From: an uncultured Dehalococcoidia bacterium
GTDB taxonomy: Bacteria > Chloroflexota > Dehalococcoidia > Lucifugimonadales > UBA3495
Length of the DNA: 64,000 bases
Assembly: GCA_964502995.1 (NCBI GenBank)
Contig: CAZCZB010000006.1
Span: 16,057 to 80,056, forward strand
Reading direction: 5' to 3'
How positions within the stretch are numbered: the stretch's first letter is position 1; each line of letters starts with the position of its first letter. A model generated the notes under the pieces. It was not told the origin of the DNA. It searched no databases and saw only the letters and a list, made by a program, of their open reading frames with translations. Positions 8,243 through 17,721 of this stretch are shown one piece after another. Made by a program: the position numbers and the translations under genes.

Positions 8243-9334
8243 TCAGTTATCGAAGTCTGTGATCACGCTGCGGCGCACGCTGCCGGCTTTCATGTCGGCG
8301 AAGGCCCGATTGATTTCGGACAGAGCCATCTCCTGGGTTACCAGTTCGTCCAGCTTCAGGCGGCCCTGCTTGTAGAACTCGATGTAGCGGGGCATGTCGG
8401 TGCGGAACCGGTTGGAACCCATGGTGCAACCCTGGATGGCCCGGCCCCGACGCAGGTAGTTGCCGGCGTCAAGTTCGATCTTCACGCCTTCCGGAACCAT
8501 GCCGATAATGGTGGCGACTCCGCCGGGCCGCAGCATGTTGTAGCAGTCCTCCGCGGTCTGCTTGAGTCCGATGGCTTCGAATGAATAGTCCACGCCGCCG
8601 CCGGTGAGTTCCACGATGCGCTCGGCGACGTTCCCGCCGGTGGCGTCGATGACGTCGGTGGCGCCAAACTCGCGGGCCAGGGCGAATTTGTCCTCGGTGG
8701 TGTCCACCGCGATGATGCGCAACGCGCCGGCCAGGGCCGCCGCCTGCACGCAGTGGATGCCGATGCCGCCGCAACCGACGACGGCCACGGTGCTGCCGGG
8801 CTCTACCCTGGCGGTGTTCAGCACTGCGCCCAGGCCGGTGGTGGCGCCACAGCCGATCAGGGCCAACTGCGGGAACGGGATGTCGTCTTCAACCTTCACC
8901 AGGGCGTTTTCGTGAACCAGCATTTCGGCGGCGTAGGAACCAAGCTGGGCGAACTGGGTGATGGCTTCGCCGTTCCGTCGGAGCCGCGGGGGCTCGTTGC
9001 GGCTGCGGGTAACGGCGGTGCGGTCGCACAGGTAGGGCTGGCCCCGGGTGCAGAATTCGCAGACGCCGCAGAATACGGACAGGCAACTGATCACCGAGTC
9101 GCCGGGCCGGACGTAGCTGACCTGATCTCCGACCGCCTCAACGGTGCCGGCCGCTTCGTGGCCAAGGATGCAGGGCATCGGGGTGGTGTACAGGCCCTCT
9201 ACAAAGTGCAGGTCGCTGTGGCATACCCCGGACGCACCGGTGCGCACCAGAACTTCCCGAGGCGCCGGAGCGTCAACCTGAACATCTTCAACCACCACGG
9301 GCTGGTTAACCTCGCGCAAAACTGCTGCTTTCAT
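8243..9334 (-). CDS. Zinc-dependent alcohol dehydrogenase (class III-like)
   Basis: Track ORF of 363 aa with GVCHSDLH, GHEAAGTVEAVG, the structural-Zn cysteines CGVCEFC, and the NAD fold VVGCGGIG. GGAGGG lies upstream of the ATG. Confidence 0.9.
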   Translation of the reverse strand: MKAAVLREVNQPVVVEDVQVDAPAPREVLVRTGASGVCHSDLHFVEGLYTTPMPCILGHEAAGTVEAVGDQVSYVRPGDSVISCLSVFCGVCEFCTRGQPYLCDRTAVTRSRNEPPRLRRNGEAITQFAQLGSYAAEMLVHENALVKVEDDIPFPQLALIGCGATTGLGAVLNTARVEPGSTVAVVGCGGIGIHCVQAAALAGALRIIAVDTTEDKFALAREFGATDVIDATGGNVAERIVELTGGGVDYSFEAIGLKQTAEDCYNMLRPGGVATIIGMVPEGVKIELDAGNYLRRGRAIQGCTMGSNRFRTDMPRYIEFYKQGRLKLDELVTQEMALSEINRAFADMKAGSVRRSVITDFDN

Positions 9335-9495
9335 TTGTAATCCCTCCGGAGGATAACGTCATGGGTGCGGGGATGTTAACCTTGTGGCCGGCAAGCGTCA
9401 ATAAAGCAATCCGACAGTTGCGGTGAGGGTCGTCAGCCGCCCCTTATGCCGATTGATAATAACAACGTGGGGGTCACATTCCGTGACTCGCTGAA

Positions 9496-9525
9496 TTGAC
9501 AAAATCGCTGGCGCGTCGTTAGTAT
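9496..9525 (+). promoter_or_regulatory. Putative promoter TTGACA-18-TAGTAT
   Basis: TTGACA at 9496..9501 and TAGTAT at 9520..9525, upstream of the ABC substrate-binding gene. Confidence 0.4.
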
Positions 9526-9534
9526 TCGGCACCA

Positions 9535-9557
9535 CACGTCGGCACAAGGCCGACGTG
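9535..9557 (+). promoter_or_regulatory. Perfect 9-bp hairpin/palindrome in the 5' leader of the SBP gene
   Basis: CACGTCGGC-acaag-GCCGACGTG, lying between the putative -10 and the RBS GGAGGAGG (9572..9579). Confidence 0.35.
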
Positions 9558-9590
9558 CAAAACTATATTCCGGAGGAGGCAAAGGATATT

Positions 9591-11564
9591 ATGAGACGAA
9601 TTCGCATTCCGCGTTTGCGCCTCTATCAGCTGTTGGCACCTGCAGCGGTAGTTGCGTTAATTGTTGGCGTTGCCTGCGGAGGAGCAGAAGCGCCAGCCCC
9701 GTCCGACAGCGGCGACGGAGGCAGCAGCAGCGCAGCCCCGGCGGCCACTGCGCCTGCTTCGGCGGGCCAGGTAGGAGCCACCGCTACCCCGCTGCCAGCC
9801 CAGGAACCGGCAGCAATGGCCGATTCCGGCGAGGGCAAGCGGTTGGTCGTTTTGACCGAATCCTTCGGCAACGAAGTGTGGGACCCCAAGTACGAGAGCG
9901 GCGACAAACACCTGTGGCACTTCCCGATTCACTCCCACCTTATGACCACAGACGATGATTTGAACTACACCAAGGACGGCCTGGCGACCGATTGGGCGGT
10001 ATCTGCCGACGGTCTGACCCTGTCCTGGACTCTGCGCGACGACGCCGTCTTCCATAACGGCGACCCGGTTACCGCGGACGACGCGGCATGGTACCTGCGC
10101 TACATCTGGGACGACGGAGCGCGTTCCGTGGTGCGTATTCGTATCTGGCGCATCGTTCAGGCCGATGGGGAAAATGCCGCTTACGAGGGTGAAAACACTG
10201 CCAACGAGAAGGAAGGCCACGCTCGCGTGACCGGCTCCAACGAAGTGTCCATTACCTTCCAGAAGCCCGCGCTGAACTTCTTCTCCGACGTGAGCGAAGT
10301 TGGCGGCGGCACCGGCGGGGCCATCATGTCCAAGGCCCACTTCGAGAGCCTGGGCGCCACCGCTCAGGAACGCTCGGACGGATTGATCGCCGATCCCGAC
10401 CCGGGTTCAGCCGGCCCGTTCGACCTGGTTTCGTTCACTGCCGGTTCCCAGATCGTGTACAACAAGCGCGACGAGCACTTCATCCTCGAAAAGCGCCCGT
10501 ACCCGTTCGACGAACTGGAAATCAACCTGGTCTCGGAGGCGGCAACCCGCAAGGCAGCCCTGCTGAGCGGCGAGGCCGACATTTCCCCGATGGACCTGGA
10601 CTCGCGCGAGGAACTGGAAGCCCAGGGCTTGCAGTATCGCTTCGGTCCGGAATCCACGGTGATCTGGATCAACGCCTGGAACTGCAGCGAAGACGCGCCG
10701 CAGACGCTGGGCTATGACCAGTCCCGCCAGCAGGACGCTGAGGGCAACTACATTGGCGACCCGGTCGGAACCAAGCTGATGTGCTCCGACAAGCGCATCC
10801 GCCACGCCCTGGACTATGCCATTGACAAGGAAGCCATCCAGGAACTGGTTGGCGGCCCTGACGTCTTCCACATTGCAGGCACCGCTGCCTCCTCGCCTTC
10901 CGGCGTGGGTTACAGGCCAGGCGGCGCTCTCGACCCGTTCCCCTTCGACCCCGCAAAGGCACGCGAACTGTTCGTGGAAGCCGGATACAACGTCCCCGAA
11001 GCGCCGAACCCGGCGGGCGGAACGTTCCCGGCAGTGACCGACCTGCAGGACCCGATCATGCCTGGCGGCGGCGACGAGTGGAACGTGTGGACCTGGGAAG
11101 CCGGAGCAACCGTGCCCAAGATGCTGCAGATCGTTGAATTCGTTTGCGACGACTGGTCAACCTATCTGGGCTTGAACTGCAAGGTCAACGTCGGCGAAGA
11201 AGCCGCGATCAAGGACCGGCAGTACGGCGGTGAAATCCCCGGCCAGTACCTGGTTCGCTCGAACGAGCACTCCTTCGACACCGGCTCCAAGTTGGTGGGA
11301 CGCTTCGGCGACGCCGCAGGTTCGTACATCAGCTACGATCCGTTGGTTGCACCTCTGGTAACGGCGGCCCTGGCGGCCACGTCCGAAGAGGCCAGGCAGG
11401 AAGCGTACTTCAACGCCCTGTCGCAGGCGCACGAAGGCCACTGGGACTTCGCGCCCGGCTACCTGGACGCGCCGTATGCCATGGGCACGCGGATCGCAGA
11501 CTGGCGCCCTCGCCCGCTGCGCCCGTCCCCCAGCGCGCTGTGGACCATCCGCTGGGCCCAATAA
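9591..11564 (+). CDS. ABC transporter substrate-binding protein, family 5 (peptide/nickel type), lipoprotein-like
   Basis: The track ORF runs 9555..11564. The ATG at 9591 follows the RBS. The signal/lipobox is MRRIRIPRLRLYQLLAPAAVVALIVGVACGG, followed by a low-complexity Ala/Ser/Pro/Gly linker. The body resembles DppA/OppA-type SBPs. Confidence 0.85.
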   Translation: MRRIRIPRLRLYQLLAPAAVVALIVGVACGGAEAPAPSDSGDGGSSSAAPAATAPASAGQVGATATPLPAQEPAAMADSGEGKRLVVLTESFGNEVWDPKYESGDKHLWHFPIHSHLMTTDDDLNYTKDGLATDWAVSADGLTLSWTLRDDAVFHNGDPVTADDAAWYLRYIWDDGARSVVRIRIWRIVQADGENAAYEGENTANEKEGHARVTGSNEVSITFQKPALNFFSDVSEVGGGTGGAIMSKAHFESLGATAQERSDGLIADPDPGSAGPFDLVSFTAGSQIVYNKRDEHFILEKRPYPFDELEINLVSEAATRKAALLSGEADISPMDLDSREELEAQGLQYRFGPESTVIWINAWNCSEDAPQTLGYDQSRQQDAEGNYIGDPVGTKLMCSDKRIRHALDYAIDKEAIQELVGGPDVFHIAGTAASSPSGVGYRPGGALDPFPFDPAKARELFVEAGYNVPEAPNPAGGTFPAVTDLQDPIMPGGGDEWNVWTWEAGATVPKMLQIVEFVCDDWSTYLGLNCKVNVGEEAAIKDRQYGGEIPGQYLVRSNEHSFDTGSKLVGRFGDAAGSYISYDPLVAPLVTAALAATSEEARQEAYFNALSQAHEGHWDFAPGYLDAPYAMGTRIADWRPRPLRPSPSALWTIRWAQ

Positions 11565-11593
11565 ACGGCTGAACGAATAGTCCGCAGGCATGT

Positions 11594-11624
11594 GGCGGGG
11601 GCGATCCGGTGGGTTGTCCCCGCC
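11594..11624 (+). terminator. Hairpin after the SBP gene (attenuating terminator candidate)
   Basis: GGCGGGG...CCCCGCC stem followed by ATTGTTATCTT. Stem-loops in the SBP-permease gap are common in ABC importer operons. Confidence 0.35.
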
Positions 11625-11729
11625 ATTGTTATCTTGATGGTGCGGGCTTGTTTTCTGAAGTTCCTCTTGTATTCGCTCCTTATCTGATATAATCCGCCAA
11701 ACGTTCGCAGGCGCGAGGGAGGCAACGGA

Positions 11730-12653
11730 TTGGTACGCTTCATCCTATTCCGAATCATCCAGGCCGTCGCCACGCTGGTGGTGCTGAGCGCAGCCGTTTT
11801 CTTCGGGACCGACCTGACCGGCGACGCTGCGCTGGCGATGGCTCCCGGAGACGCCAAGCCGTCCGAAATTGAGGCGATCCGCAAGAACCTCGGGCTGGAT
11901 CGCCCGGTGGTTATTCGCTACTTTGACTACCTGGGCGGCCTGTTCATCGGCGATTTTGGGCGTTCGTACAACAAGCGCCAGCCTGCCTTTGACCTGATTA
12001 TTGCCCGCATTCCCAACACGATTCAACTGGCGATCAGCGCGTTGATTATCGCCATCGTGATTGGCATACCATTAGGAATCTTATCGGCGGTGAAACGGGA
12101 CAGTTTCCTGGACCGGCTCGGCAAGTCTTTCGCCATCCTGGGCATGTCGATGCCCCAGTTCTGGCTGGCGATCATCCTGATGTGGATATTCGCGGTGGAG
12201 TTGGGACTCCTGCCAACCTTTGGCAAGAATGGGCTGGATCCCAGGTACTTCGTTATCCCCGCGTTCTCCATCGCCGTTTTCACCATGGCCGGATTCATGC
12301 GCCTGACCCGCTCGGCGATGCTTGAGGTGCTGGACAGCGAGTACGTGAAGTTCGCCCGGATCAAGGGGCTGGCCGAGCAACTGGTGATATTCAAGCACGC
12401 GCTCAAAAACGCGGTGATCCCCGTGCTGACTTTTGGCGGGATCAGTTTCGCGGGCCTGCTGAACGGGTCCATCGTGGTGGAGGTGATCTTCTCCTGGCCG
12501 GGGCTGGGCCTGCTGATGCTGGAAGGCATCCGCACCCGCGACGTGCCCATCATCGAAGCAACGATCCTGACGTCCGGCTTCCTCTACATTTTTATGTCAA
12601 CCATCGTTGACATTGTTTACGCCTACGTTGACCCACGCATCCGGTACGGCTAG
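11730..12653 (+). CDS. ABC transporter permease (DppB/OppB-like)
   Basis: Track ORF of 307 aa with a TTG start after GGGAGG. It begins MVRFILFRIIQAVATLVVLS, has multiple TM helices and the EAA-like region MRLTRSAMLEVLDSEYVKFARIKG. Confidence 0.9.
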   Translation: MVRFILFRIIQAVATLVVLSAAVFFGTDLTGDAALAMAPGDAKPSEIEAIRKNLGLDRPVVIRYFDYLGGLFIGDFGRSYNKRQPAFDLIIARIPNTIQLAISALIIAIVIGIPLGILSAVKRDSFLDRLGKSFAILGMSMPQFWLAIILMWIFAVELGLLPTFGKNGLDPRYFVIPAFSIAVFTMAGFMRLTRSAMLEVLDSEYVKFARIKGLAEQLVIFKHALKNAVIPVLTFGGISFAGLLNGSIVVEVIFSWPGLGLLMLEGIRTRDVPIIEATILTSGFLYIFMSTIVDIVYAYVDPRIRYG

Positions 12654-12691
12654 GCCAAGTACGGGATTCGCAGGCTCAGGAGACCATTACC

Positions 12692-13582
12692 GTGGCAACT
12701 CAAGAACTAGCAACCGCCACCCCACAGGCAAACAAGGCCTCCCGCGTGTGGCTGAAAGCGCGAGAACTGCGCTTGCCGTGGATACCCATTGTGGTGCTGG
12801 TGGTGCTGATGGTGGCGGCGATATTCGCGCCCCTGCTGGCCCCGCACGACCCACAGGCGCTGAACAAACGCGACCGCGAAGTGCCCCCCTTTGAGACCAC
12901 CAAGTTCCTGCTGGGCACCGACAAGTCCGGCAAGGACATTCTGAGCCGCCTTATCTACGGCGCTCGGACTTCGGTTTTCATCAGCCTGGTGGCGTTGGGC
13001 ACCGGAGCGGTCGTCGGCAGCGCGCTTGGCGTGATGTCCGGTTACTTCGGCGGGCGCGTTGACATCGTGCTGATGCGACTGGTGGACGCGGTGCTGGGGT
13101 TCCCGACCGTGCTGTTAGCGCTGATTATCGTGGCGATCGCGGGTGGCGCCGGCATAGGCAACGTGATCGTCGCGGTGGCGGCGACGGTATGGGCGAGGTT
13201 CGCCCGGCAGGCGCGGGGAGAGGTGCTGAGCATCAAGGAACGGGACTTCGTGACGCTGGCCATTGTGGCAGGCGTATCGGCTCCGGTCATCATGTGGCGG
13301 CACATATTCCCCAACGTGATCAATACCGTGCTGATCGTGATCAGCCTGCTGGTGGGCCAGACCATCCTGCTGGAAGCGTCGCTGAGCTTCCTGGGCGTGG
13401 GCGTGCCGCCCGGCGACCCGGCGTGGGGCATCATGGTTTCGGAAGGGCGCGATCAGATCTTTGAAATCTGGTGGCTGGCGCTGTTCCCCGGAGTAGCCAT
13501 TACCATCGTTGTGATGGCGATGAACTTCTTCGGAGACTGGTTGCGGGATACGCTGGACCCGCGCCTGCGCCGAACCCGTTAG
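12692..13582 (+). CDS. ABC transporter permease (DppC/OppC-like)
   Basis: Track ORF of 296 aa containing LLGTDKSGKDILSRLIYGARTS and ARQARGEVLSIKERDFV, both typical of OppC/DppC. Confidence 0.9.
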   Translation: MATQELATATPQANKASRVWLKARELRLPWIPIVVLVVLMVAAIFAPLLAPHDPQALNKRDREVPPFETTKFLLGTDKSGKDILSRLIYGARTSVFISLVALGTGAVVGSALGVMSGYFGGRVDIVLMRLVDAVLGFPTVLLALIIVAIAGGAGIGNVIVAVAATVWARFARQARGEVLSIKERDFVTLAIVAGVSAPVIMWRHIFPNVINTVLIVISLLVGQTILLEASLSFLGVGVPPGDPAWGIMVSEGRDQIFEIWWLALFPGVAITIVVMAMNFFGDWLRDTLDPRLRRTR

Positions 13583-13600
13583 AGTATTGCGCATCCAAAT

Positions 13601-13626
13601 CGGGGACGGACTTTCATCCGTCCCCG
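13601..13626 (+). terminator. Hairpin after the permease genes
   Basis: 10-bp stem CGGGGACGGA-ctttca-TCCGTCCCCG with no clear U-run. The 3' arm is repeated once more (CCGTCCCCGAACCT at 13613.. and 13636..). Confidence 0.4.
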
Positions 13627-13697
13627 AACCTATGACAGCCGTCCCCGAACCTTTGGAAGCGCGCGCGATTCGGTGGTTTCCTCCGGCGCCAAATCTA

Positions 13698-13726
13698 TTG
13701 ACACCCAATCCTTCCGGCGATACGAT
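13698..13726 (+). promoter_or_regulatory. Putative promoter TTGACA-17-TACGAT
   Basis: TTGACA at 13698..13703 and TACGAT at 13721..13726. It is followed by an AT-rich leader of about 130 nt before the DUF1800 gene. Confidence 0.4.
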
Positions 13727-13864
13727 TATAAACTGATAACGGTTACGTGATTTCATGGCGTGACGGCGCCAGATTTATTGCGGAAACCGGGGGTTTGCGA
13801 TATATTCTTCGTACCCAAAAATCCCCTTGGAAACACAAAAAGGGAGTACAAAAAGGAGGAACCA

Positions 13865-15289
13865 ATGGCAGGAAGCAACGACATCGCATTGATGGCTCAC
13901 CTTCTTCGCCGGGCCGGCTTCAGCGCCAGCCGCGATGAGATTGAAGCCGCCGCTGCGAAGGGATATGACACCGTGGTGGAGGAGCTACTGAATCCGGGCG
14001 AGTCTTCCGGTGTCGAAGACGACCTGATGCTGCGCTACCATCCCACCTACAATCACCCGGGCGCCATCGAGATCAACATCCAGAACTGGATGTATCGCAT
14101 GGTCAACACCGAGTACCAGCTTCGGGAAAAGATGGCCCTGTTCTGGCACATGATCTTCTGCGCCGGTCATTCGAAGATCGACTCCGGCGAAGAAATGGGC
14201 ATCATGATCCAGATGTTCCGGGACAAGGGCATGGGCAATTTCCGGGAACTGCTTTTCGAACTGTCCACCAGCCCCGGTATGGTCTATTACCTGGACAACT
14301 GCGAGAGCCACAAGACGGCCATCAACGAGAATTACGGCCGTGAGTTGCTCGAACTGTTCTCCATGGGCGTCGGCATGAACGAAGAGTTCAACTACAGCGA
14401 GGACGACGTGAAGGCCTGCGCCCGCGCGTTCACCGGCTGGAACATCGCTCCGCCGTATCCCCCGTTCCCCTACGGCCGCAGCCCCTGGGAATTCCGGTTT
14501 GACCCGGCCGACCACGACGATGATGAGAAGACGTTCCTGGGCCGCACCGGCGCGTGGAACGGCGACGACATTCTCGACATGATCGCCGCGGAACGGGCCA
14601 CCGCCCGGTTCATCGCCCGCCACATGTACAACTTCTTCGTCGCCGACGAGGTTCCCGTACCCAGCTGGCGGCAGACTCCGCCCAAGGACGAGCGGACCCT
14701 GGCCGCGGTCGAGAAGGCCTACTTCGACAGCGGTTACAACATCACCGAGATGCTGCGCGTGCTGTTCAACTCGGAAGGCTTCAAGAACGCCCGCTACTCC
14801 AAGGTCAAGAACCCGGCCGAGATGGTTGCCGGCACCCTCCGCATGGTTGGGGACCACCGCAACGAGATCAAGCCCGGCATGTTCGAGCTGAGCCAGGAAC
14901 CCAAGTACATGGGCATGGACCTGATGAACCCGCCCACCGTCGAGGGCTGGCACACCGGCCACGAGTGGATCGACTCCGGCACCCTGGTCGAGCGGATCAA
15001 CTTTGCCGCCGACTACCTGGGTCGCACCGACCTGCCCGGCGTCCAGAGCATGATCTCCAGGCTCATGGACCAGGGCGACAGCCTCAGCCCCGAGGATTTC
15101 GTGGACTCCTGCGCCGACCTGGTCGGCTGCGGCAACCTCACCGACGACACCCGTGAACAGTTGATCGCCCACGCTGGACGTGGCGGGAACCTGACCCACG
15201 GTTCGGACGCCGAGCGCGCCGAGTTCGCTCGCCGCTCCGGTGAGATGTTCCAGATCATCGCTTCCACCTCGGAATTCCAGTTCGAGTAA
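13865..15289 (+). CDS. DUF1800 family protein
   Basis: The track ORF runs 13760..15289. The ATG at 13865 is preceded by AAGGAGGA. The N-terminus MAGSNDIALMAHLLRRAGFSAS is the typical DUF1800 start. Confidence 0.85.
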   Translation: MAGSNDIALMAHLLRRAGFSASRDEIEAAAAKGYDTVVEELLNPGESSGVEDDLMLRYHPTYNHPGAIEINIQNWMYRMVNTEYQLREKMALFWHMIFCAGHSKIDSGEEMGIMIQMFRDKGMGNFRELLFELSTSPGMVYYLDNCESHKTAINENYGRELLELFSMGVGMNEEFNYSEDDVKACARAFTGWNIAPPYPPFPYGRSPWEFRFDPADHDDDEKTFLGRTGAWNGDDILDMIAAERATARFIARHMYNFFVADEVPVPSWRQTPPKDERTLAAVEKAYFDSGYNITEMLRVLFNSEGFKNARYSKVKNPAEMVAGTLRMVGDHRNEIKPGMFELSQEPKYMGMDLMNPPTVEGWHTGHEWIDSGTLVERINFAADYLGRTDLPGVQSMISRLMDQGDSLSPEDFVDSCADLVGCGNLTDDTREQLIAHAGRGGNLTHGSDAERAEFARRSGEMFQIIASTSEFQFE

Positions 15290-15398
15290 TCGGAAAGCAA
15301 CACCAATCCAGCCGGGACGCGTCGCCCGCATTGATCAAGTGGCGCGCGTCTCCGGCCCGCTACCCAAGTAACCAGTAAGCACAACGGAGGACTATCAA

Positions 15399-16538
15399 AT
15401 GGTCTCTACCAACAAAGACAACGTTCTGGTGGTGCTTTCCCTCTCCGGCGGGAACGACGGCCTGAACACTGTCATTCCTTTCAACGACGGCCACTACCGT
15501 GACTTCCGCCCCAACCTGGGCGTTCCGGCCGAGTCGGTCATCGACCTGAACGGGGAAATCGGCATGCACCCGACCATGCTTCCCCTGAAGAAGTATTGGG
15601 ACGAAGGCAAGCTCGCGATCTTCCTGGGCATTGGCTACGCCAACCCCTCCTACAGCCACTTCCGCAGCATGGACATCTGGCACACCTGTGAGCCGGACAC
15701 CATCGGGACCGAAGGCTGGCTGGGCCAGGTCATCCACGAACTGGACCCCAAGAACGAAGGCCAGGGCGTGACCGGCGTCAACTTTGGCCGCGGCCTGCCC
15801 CGCGCCCTCGCCAAGGAAGGCGTCCCCGTCGCCTCCGTCGGCAACCTCGAGACCTACGGTCTGCTGACCGGCATCGAGGGTGAGGACCAGCGCGCCGAAG
15901 CGCTGGACCTGTTCAGCAAGATTTACGCGCCCACCGTCGGACAGGGTTTCGTGAGCGACTACCTGCGCTCCACCGGCACCTACGCCCGCATCGGCGCCGA
16001 CATCCTGGCCACCGCGCCGCCGAAGTACACCTCCAACGTGGAGTACTCGACCAGCACCGTCGGCCAGTACATGAAGAACATCGCGCAGACCCACCTGGCT
16101 GACCTGGGGACCCGCGTGCTGTTCACCACCAGCCCCTACAACGGCTTCGACACCCACGCCAACCAGGCGCAGGCCCACAGCGCGCTGTGGACCGACGTGT
16201 CCGCCAACGTCGACACCTTCGTCACCGACCTGCGCGAGCATGACGCCAGCGAGAACGTCATCACGTTCATGTTCTCCGAGTTCGGCCGCCGCGTCGGCGA
16301 CAACGGCTCCGGCACCGACCACGGCGCAGGTTCCGTGGCCTTCGCCATCGGCGAGAAGGTCAAAGGCGGCATCTACGGCGTGTACCCGTCCCTGGAACCC
16401 AGCCAGCAGGAAGAGGGCGGCAACCTCAAGTCCAACATGGACTTCCGCCAGGTTTACGCCACCATCCTGGAGGACTGGATGGGCCTGGACTCCAACCCCA
16501 TCAACCGCGGCGTCTTCGAGAAGGTCCCCTTCCTGTAG
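15399..16538 (+). CDS. DUF1501 family protein (sulfatase-like fold)
   Basis: Track ORF of 379 aa after GGAGG, containing VVLSLSGGNDGLNTVIPF, YNGFDTHANQ, SEFGRR and GTDHG. Confidence 0.85.
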   Translation: MVSTNKDNVLVVLSLSGGNDGLNTVIPFNDGHYRDFRPNLGVPAESVIDLNGEIGMHPTMLPLKKYWDEGKLAIFLGIGYANPSYSHFRSMDIWHTCEPDTIGTEGWLGQVIHELDPKNEGQGVTGVNFGRGLPRALAKEGVPVASVGNLETYGLLTGIEGEDQRAEALDLFSKIYAPTVGQGFVSDYLRSTGTYARIGADILATAPPKYTSNVEYSTSTVGQYMKNIAQTHLADLGTRVLFTTSPYNGFDTHANQAQAHSALWTDVSANVDTFVTDLREHDASENVITFMFSEFGRRVGDNGSGTDHGAGSVAFAIGEKVKGGIYGVYPSLEPSQQEEGGNLKSNMDFRQVYATILEDWMGLDSNPINRGVFEKVPFL

Positions 16539-16557
16539 GCCGGTTGAGCGACATTTT

Positions 16558-16597
16558 GGCCACAGCGGACGGTCCACACGACGGTCCGACTGTGGCC
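16558..16597 (+). other. Long intergenic hairpin between the DUF1501 and NHL genes
   Basis: Outer stem GGCCACAG/CTGTGGCC with inner stem CGGAC/GTCCG; no U-run. Confidence 0.3.
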
Positions 16598-16628
16598 TGA
16601 CTACTGATTACCACAGCGAGGAAAGTCT

Positions 16629-17633
16629 ATGAGCACCCACCTATTCGGTCTCGTGGACACTGCTTTCACCTATAGCCACTCCATAGGGCGCAACGAGTTC
16701 AACGGAACCGGACTGCGCAACCCCATGGACCTGGCCATCGACGATGAAGGCAAGGTTTACGTGGTCAACCGCTCCTACGAAAACCGACCCGACGGTGTCC
16801 GCATTTCCATCGTCACCATGGACGAGGATTTCGTAGGCGAATTCAGCAAGTTCGGCGAAGAGCCCGGCGACCTCTACTGGCCCACGGCCTGCGCGCTGGA
16901 CTCCGAAGGCAACCTTTACGTTGCTGACGAATGGCTCAATCGCATCACCATTTTTGACGGCGACGGCGAGTACCTGCGCCACTGGGGCGAGGCCGGCAGC
17001 GGCCCCGGACAGTTCAATGGCCCGTCCGGTATTGCCATTGATGGCGACACCATGTGGATCGTGGACAGCAGGAACAACCGCGTGCAGAGCTACGGCCTTG
17101 ACGGCTCCTTCAAGAGCCAGTTCGGGGAGCGCGGTTCCGCCGACGGCCAGATGAACCTTCCCTGGGGCATCTGCCTGGACCAGAACGGCCTGGTGTACGT
17201 GGCTGACTGGCGCAACGACCGCATCCAGGTCTTCAACCAGGGCGGCGAGTGGCAAGCGTCCTATGGGACGAGCGGCAACAGCCCCGGACAGTTCAAGCGT
17301 CCCAACGCCGTGTTCGTTGACAACGATGGCGACATCTACGTCTGCGACCGCGAGAACGACCGCGTCCAGATCCTGGCTCCGGACGGACGGTTCCGCGCCC
17401 AGCTCAAGGGCGACCACCAGATCTCCGGCTGGGGCAAGAGCAAGCTCAACTCGAACCCTGACATGATCCGCCAGCGGACCATGGCCATCACCCATGATGG
17501 CGGCGAGTTCGAGAAGATCTTCGCCAACCCCTGCGCGGTTCGCGTAACCCCCGAAGGACAGATCGCGATCCTGGACCACACCCGCGGCCGGATCCAGGTC
17601 TATCAGAAGGAAAAGGAACCGGTACTGCTGTAA
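16629..17633 (+). CDS. NHL-repeat (six-bladed beta-propeller) protein
   Basis: Track ORF of 334 aa. It has repeated blades of the form G.F..P.G(I/V)A.D..G..YV(A/C)D..N.R(I/V)Q(V/I), for example NRVQSYGLDG, DRIQVFNQGG and DRVQILAPDG. Confidence 0.85.
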   Translation: MSTHLFGLVDTAFTYSHSIGRNEFNGTGLRNPMDLAIDDEGKVYVVNRSYENRPDGVRISIVTMDEDFVGEFSKFGEEPGDLYWPTACALDSEGNLYVADEWLNRITIFDGDGEYLRHWGEAGSGPGQFNGPSGIAIDGDTMWIVDSRNNRVQSYGLDGSFKSQFGERGSADGQMNLPWGICLDQNGLVYVADWRNDRIQVFNQGGEWQASYGTSGNSPGQFKRPNAVFVDNDGDIYVCDRENDRVQILAPDGRFRAQLKGDHQISGWGKSKLNSNPDMIRQRTMAITHDGGEFEKIFANPCAVRVTPEGQIAILDHTRGRIQVYQKEKEPVLL

Positions 17634-17658
17634 AGCGAACCGGGAATCCGAAAACTTT

Positions 17659-17693
17659 GTAGGGGCGAATGATCATTCGCCCCTACGATTTTT
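17659..17693 (+). terminator. REP-type perfect palindrome acting as a terminator after the NHL gene
   Basis: GTAGGGGCGAATGATCATTCGCCCCTAC (28-bp perfect palindrome, 17659..17686) followed by GATTTTT. Confidence 0.6.
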
Positions 17694-17721
17694 AGTGGAG
17701 TTGCGTCAGGGCGACGGCAGG

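Noticed and set aside
13985-16577. Long minus-strand ORFs 13985..15331 (448 aa) and 15360..16577 (405 aa)
   Set aside because: They are exactly antisense to the well-supported DUF1800 and DUF1501 genes. Their products are Val/Gly/Ala/His/Asp-rich with no motifs, no SD, and an unbroken frame that is explained by the codon bias of the sense genes.
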